The notes under the pieces were generated by a model. The model searched no databases. It saw nothing but the letters and a program-made list of their open reading frames with translations, and was not told where the DNA came from. This document shows, piece by piece, positions 1 through 9,190 of a stretch of DNA of 64,000 bases (its first letter is position 1; each line of letters begins with the position of its first letter). The DNA is taken from positions 186,001 through 250,000 of the IMG/VR virus record IMGVR_UViG_3300027759_000046, one strand, 5' to 3'. Made by a program: the position numbers and the translations under genes.

Positions 1-16
1 ATTTTCTTCTTTTTTT

Positions 17-103
17 CTAGAGGCAATGGATAAGGATTCCGTAAAATCCTATTCCTGCCAAAAAGTAAATCAGGTTGTTCAACCACTTAGGGTATTTTTC
101 CAT
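17..103 (-). CDS. small membrane peptide (28 aa)
   Basis: Read manually: MEKYPKWLNNLIYFLAGIGFYGILIHCL*; one hydrophobic segment; below the ORF-track cutoff. Confidence 0.45.
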   Translation of the reverse strand: MEKYPKWLNNLIYFLAGIGFYGILIHCL

Positions 104-131
104 GCTTCTCGTTTAGGGTTAATAATAGATT

Positions 132-293
132 CTATTCTTCGGGTCCAATGAGGTCCCATGCGGTTTCGCCGGTTGGCTTGCCGTTGAAGGTGATGGAGTA
201 GTTGGGGTCCATGCCGCTCTCGAGGACATCTGCTAAGAGAGCAGGAAGGGTTGGGAATTCCTTTTGGTAGTAGGCGCAGTCTAATGAATACAT
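132..293 (-). CDS. hypothetical protein
   Basis: ORF 132..323 re-started at ATG 293 (MYSLDC...) because the upstream part contains a promoter-like motif. Confidence 0.6.
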   Translation of the reverse strand: MYSLDCAYYQKEFPTLPALLADVLESGMDPNYSITFNGKPTGETAWDLIGPEE

Positions 294-320
294 ATCTTTT
301 CTTTTTAATTGGTTAAGATA

Positions 321-328
321 CAAATATA
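321..328 (-). promoter_or_regulatory. Bacteroidota-type primary-sigma -7 element (TAnnTTTG)
   Basis: Minus strand reads TATATTTG, with a T-run about 20 nt upstream; lies ahead of the 132..293 gene. Confidence 0.5.
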
Positions 329-371
329 ACCAAAATACTTGATATTAAAAAATCCTGGTCAACTTATTTTC

Positions 372-899
372 CTAGCTGAATACAAGTATTCCTTCATCCG
401 CTGCGAGTTTAAACGCCTTAAGGAAATCTTCATACACTTCCAAGAACCAGCCATTATCCTCGTTTAGCGGATCGCCCACATATCCTTCCGCCTTGTGCCG
501 GTACCGTACAAAATCCTGATATAGACTCTTCGCAACGGGACCGCCGATTGCACCATCACAATCCGAATGGTTGATAAGACCCACAAAGGGTTTATCCTTC
601 CACTCGTCGGGATTGGTCCATACCCGTTCAGGACTTACCTCCAACATGGTCAGACACAGAACTTTGCGCCAGGCATTATATCCTGAATAGGAGCCAGCAC
701 GGAAGTCATAGCTCTCGCTGCGGTCAGTTGCATAGTAGGTTCCCGGACTCAGACCCTTGTAGGAGTTGGCATCGAACGTTTCTATTCGGTATACTTCTTC
801 GCCGCGCTCGGCAAGGCCAAGTTCTTCAAGACGTTTTTGACCTGCCGAGAACTCGGTCTCTTCTTGAATCTTTGAGTAGGCATAGATATCTAATCCCAT
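372..899 (-). CDS. hypothetical phage protein (MGLD-start type)
   Basis: 175-aa ORF; MGLDIYAY start, HSDCDG motif; contains RLEELGL. Confidence 0.75.
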   Translation of the reverse strand: MGLDIYAYSKIQEETEFSAGQKRLEELGLAERGEEVYRIETFDANSYKGLSPGTYYATDRSESYDFRAGSYSGYNAWRKVLCLTMLEVSPERVWTNPDEWKDKPFVGLINHSDCDGAIGGPVAKSLYQDFVRYRHKAEGYVGDPLNEDNGWFLEVYEDFLKAFKLAADEGILVFS

Positions 900-940
900 A
901 TAATAATCTTTTATCTGTTATATCTTATATTACCAAAAGG

Positions 941-975
941 AGAAAGGGTCTACTCTCGCGGACCCTTTCTTTTGT
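941..975. terminator. intrinsic terminator hairpin
   Basis: GAAAGGGTC-loop-GACCCTTTC with flanking A/T runs. Confidence 0.7.
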
Positions 976-1002
976 TTAGATGGTTAGCTTAATTGTTTTG
1001 GA

Positions 1003-1242
1003 TTATCCAATCAGGCTTAGATTCGTCTTACGACCACGTGTCATGTCGAAAGCCTTGTTTACAATACGCTCGTTGCGATACAATCCGTTAAGGACTTCGC
1101 TTACGAAGTTAGGGGAGAAGCCTGTTCTGCTTGCAACTTCTGTTACATCGCCCATACGTTTGCGAGAATTGATTACTGCGATCTTAGCTGTGATCGGTAA
1201 TTTGCGGTACTTCATACCGACTTTACTTTGATTCTTTGTCAT
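1003..1242 (-). CDS. small helix-turn-helix DNA-binding protein
   Basis: Basic 79-aa protein; GDVTEVASRTGFSPNFVSEVLNG fits an HTH pattern. Confidence 0.65.
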   Translation of the reverse strand: MTKNQSKVGMKYRKLPITAKIAVINSRKRMGDVTEVASRTGFSPNFVSEVLNGLYRNERIVNKAFDMTRGRKTNLSLIG

Positions 1243-1313
1243 GTTACTTAAGTTAAGTTTGATTTGTTATAAGGATAACTTACCCATTACTCTAAGCTAT
1301 TGGCCTGTTATCT

Positions 1314-1547
1314 CTAATCTTTTTTCTCGGTCTTTGCAGAGTAGGGTTTAAGCAGCAGGCTCGAGAGCATGGTTAGACCCCATGCTTGTAGCACTGAGAT
1401 TACAGGTAGTCCGAATATTTCTGGACAGAGCCAGTTCCAGAGCCATTTGACCGGGAAGGCCATTACAATTGAAAGAACTCCTGCTACTAGGATTGCTGCG
1501 AGAGCAACACCTATCTTGGTTGCTATATCTAAATTGGGTTTTGTCAT
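1314..1547 (-). CDS. small membrane protein (2 TM)
   Basis: Two hydrophobic segments; WLWNW...FGLP.I...QAWGL. Confidence 0.7.
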   Translation of the reverse strand: MTKPNLDIATKIGVALAAILVAGVLSIVMAFPVKWLWNWLCPEIFGLPVISVLQAWGLTMLSSLLLKPYSAKTEKKD

Positions 1548-1595
1548 GTTGTTTAAGTGTTTGTTTTGTATGTAATATAATATACTCTATTTCTT

Positions 1596-1871
1596 CTATA
1601 GGCTCCAATCCAATAGGAGTTCTTTCTGTCTCTTTAGACTCTCTGCCCATTCAAACTCTTCTCGAGCCACCGCTTCTTCTATGGCAGGATCCAACACAGA
1701 ATAGAAGTTCTGCATAAGGTACTCCTTGTATTCCGCGTTCCATTCTTCCTGTCCAGCCTGTCTAACAAGATGTTGTTTAAATTCCCAGATTACCCGGTCT
1801 ATCTTCTGCCAATCTCTACCTGCCCGCTCGAGAGCAGAGAGAACCTTGCCTAACATTAAGTCTGCTTGCAT
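1596..1871 (-). CDS. hypothetical protein with C-terminal UVR-like motif
   Basis: IEEAVAREEFEWAESLKRQ resembles the UvrB/UvrC coiled motif. Confidence 0.6.
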   Translation of the reverse strand: MQADLMLGKVLSALERAGRDWQKIDRVIWEFKQHLVRQAGQEEWNAEYKEYLMQNFYSVLDPAIEEAVAREEFEWAESLKRQKELLLDWSL

Positions 1872-2049
1872 CTTTCTAATTTATGGATTACAGAATACTA
1901 TACTCTACCGGACAGATAGGTTTCAAAACACAGGTCAGTATAGAGACATCTAAAACAACTCTCCGCTCTCGAGTCAGGCTAGCCAGGTCTATCGGCGGCA
2001 GCACCGAATCCGGCAGCCAGGCAGGTCTATTATCCAGCCTGATATACCG

Positions 2050-2249
2050 CCTGGCCAGCTGCTCCAGGTGCGGTCCGGGTACAGGCCAGGAGACAGCCCG
2101 GTAGCTGCCAGGTACTGCCCCGGGTACAGCCCCAGGGTCACTCCAGGAGACTGCCCCAGGTGACTCCAGGAGTCATACCAGGTCACAATATATGCACTCC
2201 TGGAGGTGCTCCGGGTGCACTTTATGCTGCTATAAAAAAGTATACCAGG
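2050..2249. repeat. GC-rich array of CCNGG pentamers with ~11-bp period
   Basis: CCNGG starts at 2050, 2064, 2075, 2086, 2097, 2108, 2119, 2132, 2143, 2156, 2166, 2178, 2199, 2211 and 2245; non-coding, between divergent gene blocks. Confidence 0.8.
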
Positions 2250-2469
2250 AGCAGAAACCATGACTTTTTCCTATTTTTCCAAGATCCCCTAGCCTCTGGA
2301 ACCATCCCCAGACCAATGCGGCCCTTCTCTATCCGCTGAGTACCGGTGTGCGTTCCGAAAAGTGACCTCCCTCGGATTCGAGAATTTCTCCCCGGGCTGG
2401 AGACCTGGCCTGAACCCTTTTTCTGTTTTGCTGTATAATAGACTATATTAATTAAAACAGCAACCCATT

Positions 2470-2679
2470 ATGGAACTTATCCCAGTAAAATCTTCTACCG
2501 TCGCTAAGGTAGGCTACAATCCCGAAACATCAGAACTACACGTTGAATTCTCTTCAGGTGCCCAATACCGATATGAGGCCGTAGAAAGAGGAGTCTATGA
2601 ATCCATGATATCCGCAGAGTCTGTGGGTAAATTCCTTAACTCTAACATCAAAGAGAAATATGAGTTCCAAAAGATCTAA
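2470..2679 (+). CDS. KTSC domain protein
   Basis: VKSSTVAKVGYNPETSELHVEFSSGAQYRYEAV...AESVGKFLNSNIK is the typical KTSC pattern. Confidence 0.9.
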   Translation: MELIPVKSSTVAKVGYNPETSELHVEFSSGAQYRYEAVERGVYESMISAESVGKFLNSNIKEKYEFQKI

Positions 2680-2965
2680 TCAGGGGGTTCTACGAATCCG
2701 GTTGGGCCATCTAGGCTTGACATTCGTGTTCCGTCATAAATGGGATAGACCCGGGAGCATGTGGACCCAAGAGTTCGAGTACAGAACCAAGACCCTTGGC
2801 TTCTTTTTCAAATCGAGCCGCGCAGTCGGTACCTACAAGACCGGTCGGGACATGTTCTCTCCGGATAATCTTGGCAGATCCTGGATGTTTGGTCTCTATC
2901 TTATAGTTGCGAAGTGCTGGGTTGATGTCTCCTGGCGAGTAAAACATTTTAAACTAGAAGACTAA
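2660..2965 (+). CDS. hypothetical protein
   Basis: 101-aa ORF overlapping the KTSC stop; operon-like. Confidence 0.6.
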   Translation: MSSKRSNQGVLRIRLGHLGLTFVFRHKWDRPGSMWTQEFEYRTKTLGFFFKSSRAVGTYKTGRDMFSPDNLGRSWMFGLYLIVAKCWVDVSWRVKHFKLED

Positions 2966-3090
2966 TGCGGAGACTACTCAAACTCTGGAACCACGAAATC
3001 TGGAAGGTCTGCGAGAAATGTGGACTCCAATTTGATATTAGAGCCTCACGATACTGCGAAGACTGCGGCCACGGCCCCCAGACCCCCTAG
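2965..3090 (+). CDS. small zinc-ribbon protein (41 aa)
   Basis: Read manually: MRRLLKLWNHEIWKVCEKCGLQFDIRASRYCEDCGHGPQTP*; TAATG coupling to the previous stop; two CxxC pairs. Confidence 0.7.
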   Translation: MRRLLKLWNHEIWKVCEKCGLQFDIRASRYCEDCGHGPQTP

Positions 3091-3151
3091 CCGGGCACCG
3101 GCCTAGTTACCCCCTAACGCGCGGCGGGGACGATGAAAAAAAGAGAAAACA

Positions 3152-4177
3152 ATGAAATCAATAGAGATAAACCGGTTTAAGATAGACTACTCGGCTGAGA
3201 TTCTTGGAAATCAGCTAACTCTCTACTGGACCTGGCACGGCCCAGGCCAGCGCACGATTGAGGTCAAGGCCAAGGACCTCGCATTTGGCTGTAACGAGAC
3301 CTCGGTGCTACCGGTCAACGCGGAACCGGGCTTGCGATACTGGAGCTGTCTTGGCAAACCAATGAGTCACGGCCATTCGACCGACTGCAATTACGGGCTC
3401 GGCTTCAAGGTCGAGTTCAGGTGTACTGAATCCGGCGAGCTCTTGCACTCCGCTGATTTTCCGCTGTGCCTTACCGACTTTGGCAAACGCTCCTACTCTG
3501 GACTCTTCTCGGTTGAGAGACCCAACTTTTGGGTCATCGGCGATTCGGGCGCAAGCTCGTTCCTGTACGACTCTGAGCCAAAGGATACTGAACACGGCGA
3601 GTGGATCATAAATCACGTTACCTATCCATCACTGTCCGCCAGACGATTTGCTCGCGGTAACTGGCGAGATTTCCTAAAGACGATTCCGCTGCGTAAGGGC
3701 GATGCGCTTGCATTCATGCTTGGGGCATGGGACGTCAGAGCGGTCTGCGGCCATGCAAAGCTTAAAGGGGTTGAGCCCGACCAGATAATCGAGGAGACCT
3801 GTTTCAGGTACTGCCAAACCCTACAAGAGATTGAGCTCATCTATCCGGACAATCCGGTGATTGCAATCGCGCCCAATCCACCGGCCAAAATCGCTAATAT
3901 TAACCAGGAGTTTATTAATGTCAAGGGCTCGGACGAGCAACGACTTGAAATATGGAAGCTCCTGAACCAGCGACTTGAAGAGGCTCATGCACGTGGGCAG
4001 ATCAAGCGCTATTGGAACACGACCCTCTACTACAAGGACCCCGACGGATTCATGCGGCCGGAACTCCTATGGCCCAAGGACACTCATATCAAACTGGGCA
4101 AACCTGTGCTCAAGGCAATCAAGCTCCTAATAGATTGTCATCTGGTTAAAATCAGCAAGCCGGGTTCAAATAAATAA
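3152..4177 (+). CDS. SGNH/GDSL hydrolase-like protein
   Basis: WVIGDSG (block I), LGAWDVR (block III-like), DTH (block V-like). Confidence 0.6.
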   Translation: MKSIEINRFKIDYSAEILGNQLTLYWTWHGPGQRTIEVKAKDLAFGCNETSVLPVNAEPGLRYWSCLGKPMSHGHSTDCNYGLGFKVEFRCTESGELLHSADFPLCLTDFGKRSYSGLFSVERPNFWVIGDSGASSFLYDSEPKDTEHGEWIINHVTYPSLSARRFARGNWRDFLKTIPLRKGDALAFMLGAWDVRAVCGHAKLKGVEPDQIIEETCFRYCQTLQEIELIYPDNPVIAIAPNPPAKIANINQEFINVKGSDEQRLEIWKLLNQRLEEAHARGQIKRYWNTTLYYKDPDGFMRPELLWPKDTHIKLGKPVLKAIKLLIDCHLVKISKPGSNK

Positions 4178-4198
4178 CCAGAAAGATATTTGTCCGCA

Positions 4199-4840
4199 AT
4201 GTCAAAGATAAAACCTTTCCTTAAACACATCAATGAGTCAGAAGAGCGCGATGAGAAGTACTCAAGACTTAAAAAATTAGGCCTCACCCAAAACGACGAG
4301 CCCGAAGATACGGTGTATGCTCTAAAAGAGGCATTTCATAACGACCCACAGATCAAGAGCCTATTGACTCAACTTGACGCAAGAGTTGAAGAACTATTTG
4401 CACCAATCATAGACAGAGCCGAAGAGGCTTCTGGCGATTGGGAAGATATTCGAATGGACATGTCATGGACCTGGGCCGAGGATATTGCAAACAGTTACAT
4501 CTACAATCACATTTCAGAATTTGGAGAGTACCTCGAAGAATCCGAAGAACACCCAGAGCGTGAGCGTAATATTGAAAGATTAAGAGGACTTGGTCTTGCA
4601 CCCAAAAAAGATTTTGACGAGCGTTGGGAAGAGCTGATGGACGAATGGGGCGGGGATGCTGAGATTAGCCTGGCAATCGATACCTTAAAGGCCAAAACCA
4701 GTGCACTCATTGACAAGTACATTGACTTCGACGATGACGAAGATCAGCAGCAATGGGAACAACGTCAAGAGTGGATGTACGAACAGAGCGTTGACGATCT
4801 TGGCTGGTTGGAATACATGATCAGTAGCGGATCTCTATAA
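4199..4840 (+). CDS. acidic two-repeat protein with capsid-targeting-like leader
   Basis: ATG 4199 MSKIKPFLKHINE; two ~100-aa units each starting ESEE...RLxxLGL; AATAAATA at 4169. Confidence 0.75.
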   Translation: MSKIKPFLKHINESEERDEKYSRLKKLGLTQNDEPEDTVYALKEAFHNDPQIKSLLTQLDARVEELFAPIIDRAEEASGDWEDIRMDMSWTWAEDIANSYIYNHISEFGEYLEESEEHPERERNIERLRGLGLAPKKDFDERWEELMDEWGGDAEISLAIDTLKAKTSALIDKYIDFDDDEDQQQWEQRQEWMYEQSVDDLGWLEYMISSGSL

Positions 4841-4870
4841 TAAATAATCAAACAAAAAGTATAAATTCAA

Positions 4871-5677
4871 ATGAAACACACAATCATTAAAGACTTCAAA
4901 GGTTGGAACGTGCTAATGGAAAATGCAGGATTCATCGGTGAAGAAACGGTTGGAACCGCAGGTTCAGCTGGAACAGCCGGCACAGCAGGTACAACCGGAA
5001 CAGCTGGTTCAGCTGGCACAGCAGGCGCTACCTCCGCTCCATTAACTGCAATCACGGCAGCAGACGGCGCGCTAACTGCTGAGGATATTAAAAAGGTACA
5101 GGCAATTGTCTACAATGCCCCACTAACTGACACTAAATCATGTGACGGTAAAGTTGGCCCAAACACAAAGGCAAAAATTAAAGAGTTTAGAACTGCAAAC
5201 GGCATCACTGACGAAACAGTTGAACCCAATCAGACTACGGTAGGTCCAAAAACCTTGGCTAAGATGATTGAAAAAATTACTGCAGGATTTACGCCAGGCG
5301 GAACCGCTGGAACAGCTGGAACAGCCGGTGCAACTGGTGTATTCGATCAACGTAATGCAACTGACGACCAGGCTGCAACCAAGATTTGCGACATGATTGT
5401 TGCTAAATTCAAGGACACTGCTTTCTGGCAACCATTTAAAGGAACGTTTAACGATGATGAAGGTCAAGCAGGTTTTGCATATAACAATTGGTACACGACC
5501 GAGGTTATGCCTCTAATTAAGACGCTTAGACAAGGCGATCCAAACATTGCTCGATTAGAAGCAGCCGATGCGGCAGTTCGTCAAAAATTAGCCGGCGGAA
5601 TGGCAAACGATTCAGCTTCTTGGCAAATCACAACGCTTAACGGCGAGATGAAATATCAAGTAGACACAGATTTCTAA
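4871..5677 (+). CDS. putative virion protein with peptidoglycan-binding domain and GTA repeats
   Basis: DIKKVQ...DGKVGPNTKAKIKEFRTANGI (PG_binding_1-like); leader MKHTIIKDFKGW..LME; AATAAATA at 4839. Confidence 0.75.
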   Translation: MKHTIIKDFKGWNVLMENAGFIGEETVGTAGSAGTAGTAGTTGTAGSAGTAGATSAPLTAITAADGALTAEDIKKVQAIVYNAPLTDTKSCDGKVGPNTKAKIKEFRTANGITDETVEPNQTTVGPKTLAKMIEKITAGFTPGGTAGTAGTAGATGVFDQRNATDDQAATKICDMIVAKFKDTAFWQPFKGTFNDDEGQAGFAYNNWYTTEVMPLIKTLRQGDPNIARLEAADAAVRQKLAGGMANDSASWQITTLNGEMKYQVDTDF

Positions 5678-5692
5678 AATAAACCAAGCTTA

Positions 5693-7471
5693 ATGAAGCA
5701 TACAATTATAAAAGATTACAGGAGCTGGTTGTTTGAATCAACTCAGTACATGACAGAAGCGGCTGATCCAAACACGCCTATTGAGACTCTATTACAAAAT
5801 ACTGATCTTGAAGGTCTTTATCAAAGAATCATGTCAACCGATGCGGCCTCTAAGGGTTTACCTAATTACGCTAACGTAATGCAATGGTGGCATCAAGGCG
5901 GACCGGATTTGGGATTATGGAAGTCTCTATTTAAAGCGGGCGGCGAAGCCAAACGCGATAAGGTAAATTCAGCTCGTAGCATGTACTATTGGTTGGGAGG
6001 TTTTGCAACTAAGGGTCGTAGTGCTCAAAGTGCAGGCAAAGCAAACTATATCAAAAACGTTGAAGACTTCTGTACAGCAGTTAAGACCAATGCTCCAGCA
6101 ATAGTTGCCGCAGTTAACGCATTCCCAAAACCTGCTGAAAAAACACGTTACGCAGGTTGGAACGAAGCAGCTGCTAAAGCAGATGCAGTTTTGGCTTTCT
6201 TACAGACAGCTAAGGCAAAGAGTCTTAACTTAAGCTCACAGGCAGCAGCGATGCTAATTCCATACAGTGCAATTGACGGTCAACTATCAGTTAACAATGC
6301 ACCAACACCGCCAGCAACCTATTTCAAACTTACCGCAGACACATTCACAAAAGACAAGACTGATGATAATTTATCGGTAACGTCTTATGCTTATCAAACA
6401 GGTCAATGGACTCTACAAACAAGCGCGGTAACAACTCTTCAACAATTACAGACAAACATTGCAACGCTAACATCAGCAATGGCCGATCAAACTAAACTTT
6501 CTACATATTTTTCAGCAGATAATACATTAAGCGCTGAGAATAAGAAAGTTATCCTAGATTTTGTTAACACCAAGGTACAGGCTTATCTTGAAAGAAAGAA
6601 TAAGGCTCTTAAACCTGGAGAAACGGCAATGACTGTTGACTCTGCAATTAAAACTGCAACTGACCTTTACATTTCGCCAAATGGTACTAATTTGACTCTA
6701 TCGCCTGCAACCAAGCAGCCATCACCAGAGCCAATCACAGTTTCAGGCTCATATCCTGAAAATCCAAATGGCGATTGGAATTCAGCTGGTGCAAAGAAAG
6801 CTACTCAGTTCTTTGGTGACGATAAGATCCAGATTGAAGCAGGTCCTATTGCGGAAATGACAAACGGTATCAAATCGTATCTAGCTCAAATTAAAGCGAT
6901 GGGCGCTCAAATTACTGGCGTAAAAATCTGGGGTATTTCATCTACTAGTGCTGTACCAAGTTCATACGATCCTGCAACAAAGGGTCCAAATCCTGACGCA
7001 GGCTACACGACTGCAAAGAACGGCCCGCTTGCTCAAGACCGTTTGACCTCAATTAAAACTTCTCTACGTCAAATCTTTACTCAAAACGGCGTTACTGATA
7101 ATTTGATAACGGAAGATGCGACTCAAGATAAAGTTACTCCAAACATTGGAGCTGCTTGGACTGAACAAGATAAGGCTAAGTTTGCAAATCGCAAACAGCC
7201 AGGTAAAGAGGCTCTACTTAAAGAGTACGACGATAAATTTGGCAAATACAAATATGCATTTGCTCGTTTTGAGATTACGTACACAATGACTCAGCAATTT
7301 ACGGTTACACCACAGGCAGATCCTATTCCAAACTCAGACTGGAAAGTTTACATTAACTGGATTGATGAAACTTGGACACCACCGACAATTAGCATTCCAG
7401 GAATAGGTTTTAAACCTAAATCTGGAGGTTCTCAAAGAGATTGGGGAAAAACTGACTGTCCAGTATTCTAA
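5693..7471 (+). CDS. large putative virion (internal head) protein
   Basis: 592 aa; leader MKHTIIKDYRSWLFE; C-terminal part loosely OmpA-C-like (IWGISS...N..LAQDRLTSIK). Confidence 0.65.
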   Translation: MKHTIIKDYRSWLFESTQYMTEAADPNTPIETLLQNTDLEGLYQRIMSTDAASKGLPNYANVMQWWHQGGPDLGLWKSLFKAGGEAKRDKVNSARSMYYWLGGFATKGRSAQSAGKANYIKNVEDFCTAVKTNAPAIVAAVNAFPKPAEKTRYAGWNEAAAKADAVLAFLQTAKAKSLNLSSQAAAMLIPYSAIDGQLSVNNAPTPPATYFKLTADTFTKDKTDDNLSVTSYAYQTGQWTLQTSAVTTLQQLQTNIATLTSAMADQTKLSTYFSADNTLSAENKKVILDFVNTKVQAYLERKNKALKPGETAMTVDSAIKTATDLYISPNGTNLTLSPATKQPSPEPITVSGSYPENPNGDWNSAGAKKATQFFGDDKIQIEAGPIAEMTNGIKSYLAQIKAMGAQITGVKIWGISSTSAVPSSYDPATKGPNPDAGYTTAKNGPLAQDRLTSIKTSLRQIFTQNGVTDNLITEDATQDKVTPNIGAAWTEQDKAKFANRKQPGKEALLKEYDDKFGKYKYAFARFEITYTMTQQFTVTPQADPIPNSDWKVYINWIDETWTPPTISIPGIGFKPKSGGSQRDWGKTDCPVF

Positions 7472-8025
7472 TTAATTTTCTTAGAAACTACACCAGTTCC
7501 GAAATAGATCCAGGTAGAAGTGCTTGGATCTTTTTTTATGCCTACCGCAAAGGCGATATGAGTAACATCAGGATTCATTAAGACCCATTTATGAGCCGGT
7601 GAATACATCCAACTATCGAATAGGGTCTGTATTGCTGAATCCTCAGATGGAATTGGAAAGACCTTAAAGTTTGGAACCGCTGGATAGCTTGCACCGTATG
7701 AAGCACAAACCTCAAGGCTAAGATTCCATGAGAATTGGTCAGATGAAACTGCTTGGAATTTTTCAACTCTGTGCCTTGCTCCAGGATAAGATTGAGATTC
7801 TCCAGGCTGAGCTTCGTATTCAGTGTGATCGCTGATTCCACGTCTAACCATGTATCGATTATGGAATTCGACGGCTGAATCTAGAACTGCTGAATACTGC
7901 AAGGGCTTAAGACCCAAAGCGGTTCTTTGCTTATTGGTTAAGCTGATTAAGATCGAGTCCTGGTGGGTTTGAGCAGAAGTGTTAACTGCTAACCCGATTG
8001 CGATTATTAAGAGTAACTGCTTCAT
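7468..8025 (-). CDS. CAP/SCP domain protein with signal peptide
   Basis: Signal-like N-terminus; LTNKQRTALGLKPL, HNRYM, WMYSPAHKWVLMNP. Confidence 0.85.
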   Translation of the reverse strand: MKQLLLIIAIGLAVNTSAQTHQDSILISLTNKQRTALGLKPLQYSAVLDSAVEFHNRYMVRRGISDHTEYEAQPGESQSYPGARHRVEKFQAVSSDQFSWNLSLEVCASYGASYPAVPNFKVFPIPSEDSAIQTLFDSWMYSPAHKWVLMNPDVTHIAFAVGIKKDPSTSTWIYFGTGVVSKKIN

Positions 8026-8058
8026 GTAATTATTATACTATCTGGAATAAATAAAGGT

Positions 8059-8718
8059 ATGAAACCTTTTAAACTATTGCTAGTACTACTGATTTCGTTT
8101 GTACTATTTACATCATTTTCAACTGAGTTTACAGTTAAAGACAAGATTGTGATCTTGGCTCATGCTGGCTATGTTTCACATTATAGCACAGGTTTAAAAT
8201 ACCCAGTTGAGGTGGAGTGGTGGGATACTAAAGCTCGACTGGGCTGCACGACTAAATTTCCTAGAAAAGACCAATTTGCACCAGATCCATTACTACCAGC
8301 TGAGACGAGCCTTGCTGATGATTATTCTGGATCAGGTTTTGATCGAGGTCACATGTGCCCAGCGGCAGATAACCAATGCGATTCTGAATTCTTAACAGAG
8401 TGCTTCTATTTTTCAAATATGGCACCTCAATATCATTCGCTGAACGCTGGGGTCTGGAAAACTCTTGAAACTCGCACCAGAGAATTTGCTGAGCAATTGG
8501 ACTCAGTTAAGGTTTGGTGCGGCAATATTGGATCGGTCTCCAAAATCGGAGAGGTTTCAGTACCAGCAAAGTGTTGGAAAGTAATTTACATAAAGAAGAC
8601 CAAAGTTTGGGAAGCTTACGTTTTTGAAAATACAAAAGAACAGTCTAAAAAGCTTGATCAATTAAAGGTCAAGGTATCAGACGTTGAAAAATTAACCGGC
8701 TTTAAATTTAAACCATGA
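8059..8718 (+). CDS. DNA/RNA non-specific endonuclease (NucA/EndoG family) with signal peptide
   Basis: YSGSGFDRGHMCPAAD, FYFSNMAPQ, LNAGVWKTLE. Confidence 0.92.
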   Translation: MKPFKLLLVLLISFVLFTSFSTEFTVKDKIVILAHAGYVSHYSTGLKYPVEVEWWDTKARLGCTTKFPRKDQFAPDPLLPAETSLADDYSGSGFDRGHMCPAADNQCDSEFLTECFYFSNMAPQYHSLNAGVWKTLETRTREFAEQLDSVKVWCGNIGSVSKIGEVSVPAKCWKVIYIKKTKVWEAYVFENTKEQSKKLDQLKVKVSDVEKLTGFKFKP

Positions 8719-9122
8719 AACACATAAAACAATTTACTCAATTTGTCAACGAAAACGTTGACTGGAAGCAGCTAACTGAATTAGAGGCGTACGCAGATGG
8801 CCTCTTTAATGAGCTTGGTCTTGATGTGGTATTTACAAAACACTTTAAGGACAGAGTCAACGACGTTCGAAACGGCAACCCGATTACCTATAATGAATTG
8901 AAAGCCTTATTCCTAAAGGCTTACTTGAGAGCTGGCGAACAGATCTCAGAATTACCAGTTGAAACAGAAGCAGTTCTTAAAGATTTAAGTTCAAATCTTA
9001 ATGCTCCATTCAAAATACAGGACGCACCAGATGATGCTGACCACACTGAAAACGATATGGTAATGAAGACTATTATGAAGAAAGAAAGATTCATGTCGAG
9101 TAACCCGTCTATTGAAGTTTAG
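8715..9122 (+). CDS. hypothetical virion protein, possibly RelE/BECR-like fold
   Basis: Leader MKHIKQFTQFVNE; FTKHFKDRVND...VMKTIMKK; the fold is a guess. Confidence 0.6.
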   Translation: MKHIKQFTQFVNENVDWKQLTELEAYADGLFNELGLDVVFTKHFKDRVNDVRNGNPITYNELKALFLKAYLRAGEQISELPVETEAVLKDLSSNLNAPFKIQDAPDDADHTENDMVMKTIMKKERFMSSNPSIEV

Positions 9123-9140
9123 CACTTAACCTATTCACAT

Positions 9141-9170
9141 AAAAAAAGCCAGACGAATCTGGCTTTTCTT
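9141..9170. terminator. bidirectional intrinsic terminator
   Basis: AAAAAAGCCAGA-cgaa-TCTGGCTTTT between convergent genes. Confidence 0.85.
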
Positions 9171-9190
9171 GTTTAGTGTCCATCGACGAA

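Noticed and set aside
2050-2249. CRISPR array, or the coding ORFs 1989..2261(-) and 1883..2104(+)
   Set aside because: The repeat core is only 5 bp with ~6-bp spacers, far from CRISPR geometry; the ORFs look like by-products of a stop-poor GC-rich repeat.
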